Origin: a virus | Taxonomy: Duplodnaviria; Caudoviricetes | DNA: 64,000 nt | Virus record (IMG/VR): IMGVR_UViG_3300025357_000008 | Span: 32,001 to 96,000 of that record | Reading direction: 5' to 3' (one strand) | Part shown: positions 8,954 to 17,016 of the stretch, one piece after another | Layout of the letters: each line of letters begins with the position of its first letter | How positions within the stretch are numbered: the first letter of the stretch is position 1 | Position numbers and translations under genes: made by a program | Notes under the pieces: generated by a model | Told to the model about the DNA's origin: nothing | The model's input: only the letters and a program-made list of their open reading frames with translations | Databases searched by the model: none

Positions 8954-9201
8954 TGTTGGATAAAATCAAATTGTATATAAAACCAATCCTTCAACTTATA
9001 GTCGGTGTTTTTATTATTGCTATAATAGGACAGTTTTTTTCAGACAGACTAAATAATAATACACCTGAGGCTCTCAAAGAGTTCAAAGATGGAGTTCAGA
9101 ATCATTTAGTGTGGTCAATCAGAGGAGAATGTTTCTTTGTTAGACCTCATTCTGATGTGACTGTGTATTTAATTCGAGTAACGGATTGTGATAAAAAATA
9201 A
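8953..9201 (+). CDS. membrane protein (N-terminal TM)
   Basis: TM helix, GGAG RBS. Confidence 0.65.
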   Translation: MLDKIKLYIKPILQLIVGVFIIAIIGQFFSDRLNNNTPEALKEFKDGVQNHLVWSIRGECFFVRPHSDVTVYLIRVTDCDKK

Positions 9202-9210
9202 GGAGATAAT

Positions 9211-9537
9211 ATGAGTTTATTTGTAGAAGTTGATTCCGTAGAAAAAGGTTGCCCTGTCATTATCAATCTAGATAATGTATTAGAGATTGCCCCATTACGT
9301 ACCGGTGGCGTAACAATATTTTTTGCAGATGCCGCATCTGTTAACGGTAAACATGCAATGAAGGTTCACAATGAATACGATGAGTTTAAACAGTTCGTAT
9401 TGCAAAGAGTTTCTTCAGAAGATATTGCAAAAACAATCGAACGAATTACACCTAAGGATGCTAAAACAAAAGCAAAACCGGCACCCGCAAAGTCTTTCGC
9501 TGAAATTACAAATTCATTAGAACAAGGTAAACTGTGA
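9211..9537 (+). CDS. hypothetical protein
   Basis: 108-aa ORF, AAGGAG RBS. Confidence 0.75.
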   Translation: MSLFVEVDSVEKGCPVIINLDNVLEIAPLRTGGVTIFFADAASVNGKHAMKVHNEYDEFKQFVLQRVSSEDIAKTIERITPKDAKTKAKPAPAKSFAEITNSLEQGKL

Positions 9538-9570
9538 AGTTTACTGAGACGCTTGATATTATAAAGGAAG

Positions 9571-10317
9571 ATGATGGCACGAGTACGCAAAATTGAAACT
9601 GAGGTTGAAAAACCAAAAGGTGTTAAAACTAAAAAGACTAAGAAATCCTCTGATGTGGTAATCATTGATACTGATGACAAAAAGTATGATAACCCGTCAG
9701 AAGATAAAACTGAAATACCACAATCTAATGGTGGCTCATGGCCATTTATGAATGACCAGTTAGAAAATTGGGCATTTTGGGACAAGGCGTTTACACTAGA
9801 AGAATGTAAAAAGATTATTGATATTGGTGAAAGACGTAGGAAAATAATTGCTAAAGTCGGTGGTGGTGTAGAAGGTGTTGCAAATCCTGATATCAGACGT
9901 AGTGATATTGTTTGGTTATTTCCACAAGATGATATGGCATGGGTATTTCAAAAGATGACCGGTTATATTATGGCACTCAACGAAAAGTTCTTTAAGTTTG
10001 ACCTATGGGGTTTCAATGAAGGCTTTCAGTTTACCAAATATGATTCTAAACAAAAAGGATTCTATGGTCAACATGTTGATAGAACTTACTTAGGTCCTGC
10101 ACCACGTAAACTATCAATAACTTTACAGTTATCTGATCCTGATGAGTATGAAGGTGGTAATTTGAATCTGTATTTTGGTAAAGAACCGACCCCATCCAAG
10201 CGTGACCAAGGGTTTTTGACAGTCTTTCCTAGCTATACAATGCATGAGGTTACGCCAGTAACTAAAGGCACCAGATACTCGCTGGTAGCGTGGATAACGG
10301 GTCCTCAGTTCAAATAA
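9571..10317 (+). CDS. 2OG-Fe(II) oxygenase (PKHD/prolyl-4-hydroxylase-like)
   Basis: HVD, RKLSITLQLSDPDEYEGG, FPSYTMHEVTPVTKGTRYSLVAW. Confidence 0.9.
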   Translation: MMARVRKIETEVEKPKGVKTKKTKKSSDVVIIDTDDKKYDNPSEDKTEIPQSNGGSWPFMNDQLENWAFWDKAFTLEECKKIIDIGERRRKIIAKVGGGVEGVANPDIRRSDIVWLFPQDDMAWVFQKMTGYIMALNEKFFKFDLWGFNEGFQFTKYDSKQKGFYGQHVDRTYLGPAPRKLSITLQLSDPDEYEGGNLNLYFGKEPTPSKRDQGFLTVFPSYTMHEVTPVTKGTRYSLVAWITGPQFK

Positions 10318-10319
10318 AG

Positions 10320-10372
10320 TGTCTCTTTTAAGCAACATTCGTGTTGCTTTTTTGTCTCAACTGTGATATAAT
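10320..10372 (+). promoter_or_regulatory. sigma70-type promoter with degenerate TGTct-N8-CAACA box
   Basis: CAACA 10333-10337; TTGCTT 10344-10349; 17 bp; TGa-TATAAT 10367-10372. Confidence 0.7.
10330..10353 (+). terminator. intrinsic terminator overlapping the next promoter
   Basis: AAGCAACA-TTCG-TGTTGCTT followed by a T run. Confidence 0.75.
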
Positions 10373-10378
10373 TATATT

Positions 10379-10684
10379 ATGAATACTACATTATCTACCG
10401 GCAAACTTGTATGTACTTACAATTCTTCAAACCAAACTCTCAATGTTGGCTCATTAACTGATTTCAAAATACCGGCACCTGAGATATGGATACCTCATAT
10501 ACCTACCTACAATTTCCGTGTAGCCGAGTATGTGAATAAAGAAGACAAAATCACTTCGGTCGGTTTACAATATCAAGTTGTAATGCACAATCAATATGGT
10601 AGTGTAGAGTCTACAGGTCCTTGGGTATCTGTAGATAGAGTTAAAATAGATGAATTAGGAAACGTTATAGGCACAAACGCATGA
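10379..10684 (+). CDS. hypothetical protein (possibly leaderless)
   Basis: 101-aa ORF; ATG lies 7 nt after the -10 box. Confidence 0.6.
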   Translation: MNTTLSTGKLVCTYNSSNQTLNVGSLTDFKIPAPEIWIPHIPTYNFRVAEYVNKEDKITSVGLQYQVVMHNQYGSVESTGPWVSVDRVKIDELGNVIGTNA

Positions 10685-11247
10685 ACATTTTTTACCTCCA
10701 CAATGACCCAAAAATCTGTGCAGAAATGCATACCGATAAACATTCCATTAAAATGATCCTTGAATATGCTCAACTTTTATCAACTGCTCACCGTGTACTT
10801 GATGGGACTCCTACCGTGGGTCTGTCTAAGATGGGAAGAAAGAAAACCTCTTATGTTCTTTCTGATTTTCGTGATTCTATTTTGTATAGTGCAACTCACT
10901 TAAATCATCCTTCTGCCATATGGGCAAGACGAAGTAAAGCAAACTATCAATGGCTACATTCATTATTGATTGAGTTGTGCAAAGAATACACCTACAGATA
11001 CGGCAAAGTTCACCTATGCGAACGTTCAGGTTTAGTTACCGCATTGACTATGGTACCTAAAAATCTTGAGACTGTAGATAGAAATTTTGAAGAGCCTTTT
11101 CCTGCCATGCCGGACGAGGTAAAAGTTCCTGGTAATTCTATACAATCGTACCGCAACTACTATATAAATAATAAACAGCACCTCGCATCATGGCGAGGCA
11201 AAGTAAATTCTAGACCTACACCGGAGTGGTTTCATGCCAATGTATGA
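10681..11247 (+). CDS. pyrimidine-dimer DNA glycosylase/DenV-like protein
   Basis: MNIFYL...HTDKH..KMILEYAQLLSTAH, HLNHPS, Y..RYGKVH, AMPD motifs. Confidence 0.75.
   Translation: MNIFYLHNDPKICAEMHTDKHSIKMILEYAQLLSTAHRVLDGTPTVGLSKMGRKKTSYVLSDFRDSILYSATHLNHPSAIWARRSKANYQWLHSLLIELCKEYTYRYGKVHLCERSGLVTALTMVPKNLETVDRNFEEPFPAMPDEVKVPGNSIQSYRNYYINNKQHLASWRGKVNSRPTPEWFHANV
11163..11170 (+). promoter_or_regulatory. T4-type late promoter
   Basis: TATAAATA about 60 nt upstream of ORF 11234. Confidence 0.55.
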
Positions 11248-11515
11248 TTTTATGAATAAGAATACGAATGAAGTCGAAGTTCATTCTATGTCTTATAAAG
11301 ACCTTGACAAGTTTAAAGAAGACAATCCCCATTTAGAGAGATACTTTTCTGCCGAGACTTTACCAGGTTTCGGTGATGGTATGCGTATGAGTACACCAGG
11401 TACAGGTAAAGCCGATTCAACTTTCGAGAAATATGTCATTAATCGTATGAAAGAAACGATTCCTGGCAATACAATCAAGGCCGGTCATAAAACAAAGATG
11501 CAAAGAGAATGGTAA
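11234..11515 (+). CDS. FmdB-like protein of T4-like phages (Cys-less variant)
   Basis: MPMYDF...EV...MS...NPHL N-terminus; usual position after the DenV-like gene. Confidence 0.6.
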   Translation: MPMYDFMNKNTNEVEVHSMSYKDLDKFKEDNPHLERYFSAETLPGFGDGMRMSTPGTGKADSTFEKYVINRMKETIPGNTIKAGHKTKMQREW

Positions 11516-11629
11516 AAGTGACACAAATCCCAGCCTTATTTCTACCCCCAATTAGGAGTGCCGATGACAAGAAGCCTAATGTAATACCCAATGTTAAAAG
11601 AAAAAAATCTAATAACAATGGGAGAAAGA

Positions 11630-11779
11630 ATGAGCAAAAAACGAATGATGCCAAAAGCTGTGCGTATCTACTACGAACAAATGAAGAAAGAACGTTTAAT
11701 CAAGGAATTGGCAGAATATGCTAGACAGAAACAAGAGTATGAGATGGCGAATCACATAACACCAAATATAAGACAATAA
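11630..11779 (+). CDS. small hypothetical protein
   Basis: GGAG RBS before ATG11630 (MSKKRMMPKAV...); stop abuts the next ATG. Confidence 0.45.
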   Translation: MSKKRMMPKAVRIYYEQMKKERLIKELAEYARQKQEYEMANHITPNIRQ

Positions 11780-13315
11780 ATGAGTTTAAATTCCACAGGG
11801 CCAATAAGTTTAGGTGGTTCTACATCAGGACAATCAATTGAACTAGAATTAGGAGAAACAGGGACACAACCTATTTCGATGGGAGATTCTATTGTTAGGG
11901 GATTTCTTGGAGTGCCATCTGGTGCAATCTCTTTAGACATTGCCCACGGTAAAAGTTTATTTGCAGGCACACTACAAACAACTATAACACAACCCTCTAA
12001 TGCCTATGCTAATACATACGCAGGATTTGGTTATTCAAATGCAATATCGGATGATGGTTTGACAATGATAATTGGTGGGCCTAATGATTATGCTTTTGGG
12101 TATGGCGGTACTGGTCACCCAACAACATTAGGTGCGGCATGGATATTCACTAGAGCAAACACCAATACAACGACTTGGACTCAGCAAGCGAAGTTATTAG
12201 GTAGTGGTGGTGTTGGTGCAATGACTGCTTCACAATACACTACAGGTTTTTCAGTATCGGTCGGATGGTCAGTTGCAATTTCAAATGATGGAAATACTGT
12301 TGCTATTGGTAGTCCTCCACGGGTAGAAAATCCACCATCTGGTGGTGTTGACTATGGAGTTGGTGGTGTATGGGTGTACACTAGGTCAGGAACTACATGG
12401 TCTCAACAAGCAGGACCTTTAACTTATACTAGCAATAATTGCGGCACAAATTCATGGGGTATCGGATGGTCATTAGCAATTTCAGGTGATGGTAATACAA
12501 TTGCGGCAGGTCAACCAAATTATGGAACAAATTCAGGAGGTAATGCTAATCAAGGTGGTGTTGTAGTTTTTGTTAGGTCGGGAACTACGTGGTCGGCGCA
12601 AAGCGGCCTTTTACAAGGTTCTGACACCACAAGAGCATTAGGTACTTTTATGGGATGGTCTGTTAGTTTGTCTAAAGACGGCAACACATTAGCGTTTGGT
12701 GGTTTTGGTGATGGGTATAATTCTACTACTGGTGTCGCTGTAGGGGCAACATGGATATTTACTAGATCCGGTTCAACATGGTCGCAACAAGGAACAAAAA
12801 AAATAGGTACCGGTGGAGTTCCTGGATCAGGACAGGGTAGTGTAGTGGCCTTATCTGGTGATGGAACTGTATTAGCAACTTCCGATCCTACAGATAATTC
12901 AAATGTAGGGGCAATATGGATATTTACTAGATCCGGTTCAACATGGACTCAACAAGGATCTAAACTTGTTGGTACTGGAGGATCGACTGCATCAGGATCA
13001 GTAGGGCAAGGAAGTGCATTGGCATTAAATTATGCGGGAACACTATTGGCCGTAGGTGCCTATCAAGATAGCGGATCAGGCACAACTGCAAATGGTGCTA
13101 TGTGGATGTTCAAATCAAATGCTGATGCCGGTACATTTACTCAATTAGGTTCAAAAATTGTTGGTAATAATCAACAAGGCGTATTCTTAGGTGAAGGTAT
13201 TTCAATTGCAAATACCGCCGGTACTGTCGTAGTAAGTGGTGCTGGTGCCGGTGCACCATACGGTGATGCCGGATATTCAACAATTGCAAATCAACAGGTT
13301 TTAGTTTATAATTAA
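11780..13315 (+). CDS. FG-GAP-repeat beta-propeller, putative tail-tip adhesin
   Basis: About 7 repeats G.SVAISxDGNT.A.G...GA.WIFTRSGxTWxQQ; N-terminal SGPISLG..QSIELELG..GAISL..HGKS anchor module. Confidence 0.8.
   Translation: MSLNSTGPISLGGSTSGQSIELELGETGTQPISMGDSIVRGFLGVPSGAISLDIAHGKSLFAGTLQTTITQPSNAYANTYAGFGYSNAISDDGLTMIIGGPNDYAFGYGGTGHPTTLGAAWIFTRANTNTTTWTQQAKLLGSGGVGAMTASQYTTGFSVSVGWSVAISNDGNTVAIGSPPRVENPPSGGVDYGVGGVWVYTRSGTTWSQQAGPLTYTSNNCGTNSWGIGWSLAISGDGNTIAAGQPNYGTNSGGNANQGGVVVFVRSGTTWSAQSGLLQGSDTTRALGTFMGWSVSLSKDGNTLAFGGFGDGYNSTTGVAVGATWIFTRSGSTWSQQGTKKIGTGGVPGSGQGSVVALSGDGTVLATSDPTDNSNVGAIWIFTRSGSTWTQQGSKLVGTGGSTASGSVGQGSALALNYAGTLLAVGAYQDSGSGTTANGAMWMFKSNADAGTFTQLGSKIVGNNQQGVFLGEGISIANTAGTVVVSGAGAGAPYGDAGYSTIANQQVLVYN
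12739..12946 (+). repeat. 43-nt near-identical direct repeat between propeller blades
   Basis: TGTAGGGGCAA(C/T)ATGGATATTTACTAGATCCGGTTCAACATGG at 12739-12781 and 12904-12946. Confidence 0.85.
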
Positions 13316-13324
13316 AAAAGTATT

Positions 13325-13978
13325 ATGTTTATATCATGTAAGCCAAAAGAGATTGAAGACTTAAAATCAGTAACACAAAAAGACGGTAAAAGAATTTATA
13401 CGTTACCTGATGGTACTAAACTTCTTTCTGTTACTACTGTTATTGGTCTAAAATCAAGAGAGAAGTTCTTTGACTGGCGCCAACAGGTTGGTGAAGAAGA
13501 AGCCAATAGAATTTCAAAGATAGCATCAACAAGAGGTACATCTGTTCATAGTCTCTGTGAGGCTTATCTGAACAATGAAAAGTTACCTACAGCAATGCCT
13601 GATGCAAGAGCATCATTCATACAAATAAAACACATACTTGATAAGATTAACAATATACACTATCAAGAACAGGCCCTATGGTCTACTAAATTAAAATTAG
13701 CTGGCCGTGTCGATTGTATTGCTGAGTTTGAAGGTGAGTTATCTGTTATCGACTTTAAGACTTCTAAACGTTTCAAAGCAATCGAAGACATTCAAGATTA
13801 CTTTTGGCAAACTGCCGCTTATGCGTTGATGTATGAAGAACTGGTAGGTCAACCAATACATAATCTTGTTATCATAATGGCTGTTGATGACGGACCACCT
13901 ATCATATATAAACAAAAGACTAAAGACCATATACATGGTTTGATTGATGCAATTCGTTATTACAATAGGAAGAATTAA
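13325..13978 (+). CDS. PD-(D/E)XK exonuclease of T4-like phages
   Basis: SVTTVI, RGTSVH, AGRVDCI, IDFKTS, Q.AAYA motifs. Confidence 0.85.
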   Translation: MFISCKPKEIEDLKSVTQKDGKRIYTLPDGTKLLSVTTVIGLKSREKFFDWRQQVGEEEANRISKIASTRGTSVHSLCEAYLNNEKLPTAMPDARASFIQIKHILDKINNIHYQEQALWSTKLKLAGRVDCIAEFEGELSVIDFKTSKRFKAIEDIQDYFWQTAAYALMYEELVGQPIHNLVIIMAVDDGPPIIYKQKTKDHIHGLIDAIRYYNRKN

Positions 13979-14677
13979 ATGGCTAAAGTGAAAAAAGTCA
14001 AAGCAAAAGTTGAAGAGAAGGTAATCTTAAATGAAATGATGGCGTATTCATATTTTCCATCATTAATTTACATAGTAGAAGAACCTAAATTTTTAGACAA
14101 TGCAAGAACGGTTGCAAGAGAATACCTTAAAGAAGCCAGAAAGAATCAAGGCAACACTTTACATAAATTGTATCCTGTTGTGATGTCGAATACATTTCAG
14201 AATGATCTTAGAGTTGAAGAGTTAGTTCAATATACCGCACAAGCGGGTTGGAATATCCTTGACAGTCAAGGTTATGACATGCAACACTATAATGTGTATG
14301 TACAAGACTTTTGGGCGCAAGAACACCACGAACATTCACATAATGAAGAGCATATTCACCCGTTTGGTGCTCAATTAACCGGTTTTTATATGTTAGAGTG
14401 TCCACAAGATTGCTCTAATATTATTTTTCACGACCCAAGACCTGGTAAGAAACAGATTAATCTACCTGAAAAGAACATGTCAGAGGTAACCCCGGCAAGT
14501 ATTGCAGTTAATTTTCCTGCTAAATCTGGTACCTTTATGTTTTCTAATGCTTGGTTGCCCCATGCATTTGGTAGACATGGTTCTGATAGCCCCTTTATAT
14601 TCATTCACTTTAACTTAAGTATTGTTCCGGTAGGTATGACAGGTCAAGTTTGTCAACCAAGAGCGGAGGTAATATGA
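13979..14677 (+). CDS. putative 2OG-Fe(II) oxygenase (TIGR02466-like)
   Basis: HIHP...LTGFYML...FHDPRP...F.NAWLPH...FNL pattern. Confidence 0.75.
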   Translation: MAKVKKVKAKVEEKVILNEMMAYSYFPSLIYIVEEPKFLDNARTVAREYLKEARKNQGNTLHKLYPVVMSNTFQNDLRVEELVQYTAQAGWNILDSQGYDMQHYNVYVQDFWAQEHHEHSHNEEHIHPFGAQLTGFYMLECPQDCSNIIFHDPRPGKKQINLPEKNMSEVTPASIAVNFPAKSGTFMFSNAWLPHAFGRHGSDSPFIFIHFNLSIVPVGMTGQVCQPRAEVI

Positions 14678-14922
14678 ATAAATACCATATTAGGTTCAAT
14701 AAATCACGAGGACAACCAGGACGAGGTTCGATGGAACACGTATGGCGAGTCTTTGAAAATGGTAAAAAAGAATATCTTGTCAAACATTTTAAACTAAATG
14801 TTGATGCACATGATGAAGTCACAGGTAATGGTCAAGGAAATGATGACTGGAATATCTGTTGTGAAGGTTATATTAAATTTGACAAGGAAACCTCAACTGC
14901 AATAATATCAAATAAAAAATAA
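14674..14922 (+). CDS. conserved small hypothetical protein
   Basis: GGAGG RBS, ATGA overlap; YHIRFNKSRGQPGRG..HVWRVFENG. Confidence 0.7.
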   Translation: MNKYHIRFNKSRGQPGRGSMEHVWRVFENGKKEYLVKHFKLNVDAHDEVTGNGQGNDDWNICCEGYIKFDKETSTAIISNKK

Positions 14923-16284
14923 ATGGCAATTATACCTGCATCAAATCCTGGACCAAAATCAATTGCGTTAGGTGGCAATTTAAGTTGCGGCACACTTAAT
15001 CAATCTATTGAAAAAGAATTAGGTGTCGGTGCAACCCCAAACTATAATCCTACATATACTGGTGCAATATCATTTTATTGTGGTGTCGTAAAGAATATGC
15101 TAGGCGGTTCACCTACTGGAGTATTTTCAATGCAATGTGCATACGGAAAACATGCATTCCCAGGAAAAATGGCGGTTTTAGCTGTTGGTGGTGGCGGTGG
15201 TGGTGGACAACTCGGTGGTGGCGGTGGTGGTGGTTTTTATTCTAGTAACTTTGGTGTGGTAACAGGTGGCATGACGTTCAATGTTACTATTGGTGCTGGT
15301 GGGGCTAGTTTTGCCTATACTGGTTGTAGTCCAGCTCCACAATTAAGTAGAGGAACCGCAGGTACGCCAACTACAATAGCCGGACCTGATCCTTCTATGT
15401 CGATTACTGCATATGGAGGTGGGGGTGGTGGTGGAGGTAATAATCCAGGTAGAGGCGGAACATTTTCTCCAACACCGACAGGAGGTATATATTATTGTCC
15501 TGGTACAGTACTTGAAGGGGGTGGATATGGCCTCCCATCTGCATATATTGCGGCGGGACCTGGTGGTGGTGCCGGAGTACTTATAAGTTGCCAAAAAAGT
15601 CCTACACCGACAACTGTTTTAGGTGGGTATACATGTCTCACACCAATGAAAGGTGGTAATGTTATTTTAGGAACAGGTTTGACTGGTACAATGTATCTTG
15701 GTGCAGGTGGCGGAGGTGCATTTGTTGGGGGAGGAAATTCAACATTAGCACCTCAATCATGTAATGGTCCAAATAGGCTTACTGTAGGGGCTGGAGGTAC
15801 AGGCGCACAATGGTATGATGGTTCTTACTACGGTGGTGGTGGAGGAGGTAGTTCGAGCGGAATATATGATTTGACTCAACCCCCATCAGGTAATCAATAT
15901 CTACCGAGTTGCTCACGCTATGTGGGTGCAGGTGGTGCAGGTGGTGGCGGACGAGGTACTTACACTTATAAATGTCTTACTAACCCAACAGCAGGTGGGC
16001 ATAAAATATGTCAAGGTAGTGGAGGCACACCAGGAACAGGAGGTGGTGCAGGTGGTGGGGTACAAACACCAGGCACTAATACGATTACAGGAGGACCTGG
16101 AGTTGCGATATTCATTTACTCAAACCCAAAACAACTTGCAACTGGCGGAAATTCAATTGTAAACGTTACCACCTTGGTTTCCGGAACATGCGGTACTTTA
16201 CCAGCACCATATGTACCTTCTGTAATAGGTTCTGGTCCTTATTGGATACATAAATTTACTTCACCAGGAACACTCATAACATGA
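14923..16284 (+). CDS. glycine-rich putative tail-tip adhesin (polyglycine type)
   Basis: LAVGGGGGGG, YYGGGGGG, GAGGG repeats, C-terminal IHKFTSPGTL; N-terminal anchor similar to ORF 11780. Confidence 0.75.
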   Translation: MAIIPASNPGPKSIALGGNLSCGTLNQSIEKELGVGATPNYNPTYTGAISFYCGVVKNMLGGSPTGVFSMQCAYGKHAFPGKMAVLAVGGGGGGGQLGGGGGGGFYSSNFGVVTGGMTFNVTIGAGGASFAYTGCSPAPQLSRGTAGTPTTIAGPDPSMSITAYGGGGGGGGNNPGRGGTFSPTPTGGIYYCPGTVLEGGGYGLPSAYIAAGPGGGAGVLISCQKSPTPTTVLGGYTCLTPMKGGNVILGTGLTGTMYLGAGGGGAFVGGGNSTLAPQSCNGPNRLTVGAGGTGAQWYDGSYYGGGGGGSSSGIYDLTQPPSGNQYLPSCSRYVGAGGAGGGGRGTYTYKCLTNPTAGGHKICQGSGGTPGTGGGAGGGVQTPGTNTITGGPGVAIFIYSNPKQLATGGNSIVNVTTLVSGTCGTLPAPYVPSVIGSGPYWIHKFTSPGTLIT

Positions 16285-16532
16285 AATCCGTATTATATAC
16301 TTTTAACAACTTAACTAATGAACAGACCATTGTTACTAATAAATGGTCTGAGGCTCAATATTTTATTGATATATTTGAGAGTAAAGAACATCGTTACGGT
16401 TTAACTGTATTTTGTGAATATGAAGATGGTAGAATTTGTTTCTGTTTCGTAGATACAAAGACTGGTATTCATTATGTCAGACAAGGACATGCGGATGGGC
16501 AGATGTTTACACCAGACGAAACGTTTGGATAA
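16281..16532 (+). CDS. hypothetical protein
   Basis: 83-aa ORF, ATGA overlap with the adhesin. Confidence 0.55.
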   Translation: MKSVLYTFNNLTNEQTIVTNKWSEAQYFIDIFESKEHRYGLTVFCEYEDGRICFCFVDTKTGIHYVRQGHADGQMFTPDETFG

Positions 16533-16537
16533 TTACC

Positions 16538-16566
16538 TTGACAAACAAACCTAAATAGAGTACAAT
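16538..16566 (+). promoter_or_regulatory. sigma70 promoter upstream of tmRNA with embedded late-like CTAAATA
   Basis: TTGACA 16538-16543, 17 bp, TACAAT 16561-16566; CTAAATA 16551-16557. Confidence 0.75.
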
Positions 16567-16567
16567 A

Positions 16568-16699
16568 ATGAAAACGAACAAATTAATCTTTAAGCTAAAC
16601 AAAGCAGAGTTCAAGCATCAAAAACGTAAAGCTAAGAAACTGTGGCTTAAGATTTTAAGAAAGTCATTTAAGAGAAAGCAAACGCAATCTGTTAGATGA
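16568..16699 (+). CDS. 43-aa highly basic peptide
   Basis: Translated by hand: MKTNKLIFKLNKAEFKHQKRKAKKLWLKILRKSFKRKQTQSVR; no SD. Confidence 0.4.
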   Translation: MKTNKLIFKLNKAEFKHQKRKAKKLWLKILRKSFKRKQTQSVR

Positions 16700-16703
16700 T
16701 TAT

Positions 16704-16991
16704 GGTTGTATGAAGTAAATCAAAAGGTGCTCTGGACGGGAGTTCGAATCTCCCCACCTCCACCAAAAGCATACTGTGAGTCGGCTTGCTGATAAACTTT
16801 AAGTAGAGATAGTATGCTTTTGATGGGGGTGCACTTGGTTTCGACAGGGTAAATAGTAGAGGCACAGACAACTCGTCAGGAGTAGACGTAAAAAGCAAAA
16901 TTTAATAACTGCAAACGATGAGTTATTCGCATTAGCCGCCTAAACGTGGCTTAGGGTTTCGGTTAGTTTCCTCGTAACAGAATAACTAACC
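16704..16991 (+). ncRNA. ssrA: circularly permuted (two-piece) tmRNA, tag ANDELFALAA
   Basis: Acceptor piece first: T-arm GGGAGTTCGAATCTCCC then CACCTCC-ACCA ending 16765; intervening segment; then GGGGGTG at 16825 with G3.U wobble and GGTTTCGAC; resume codon GCA16911 to TAA16943; closing hairpin GGTTAGTT/AACTAACC plus T run. The 5' boundary is approximate. Confidence 0.93.
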
Positions 16992-17016
16992 AATTTTTTT
17001 AACTTAAGGAGAAAAG

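Noticed and set aside
9366-9785. 139-aa minus-strand ORF and similar antisense/alternate-frame ORFs (e.g. 3279-3599, 23754-24065, 52694-53044, 59563-59883)
   Set aside because: Shadows of well-supported genes on the other strand, without RBS or motifs
11509-11724. 71-aa ORF overlapping 11630-11779
   Set aside because: Cannot choose between the overlapping frames from sequence alone; the ORF with a clear RBS and abutting stop was kept
13325-13978. Cas4/CRISPR-associated nuclease
   Set aside because: No Fe-S cysteine cluster, no cas genes or array; matches the ordinary T4-like exonuclease in its usual position
16734-16765. tRNA gene (T-arm plus CCA)
   Set aside because: No D/anticodon arms upstream; its acceptor partner lies downstream, so it is the acceptor piece of the permuted tmRNA
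16692-16898. 68-aa minus-strand ORF
   Set aside because: Antisense to the tmRNA, no RBS, no recognisable motif
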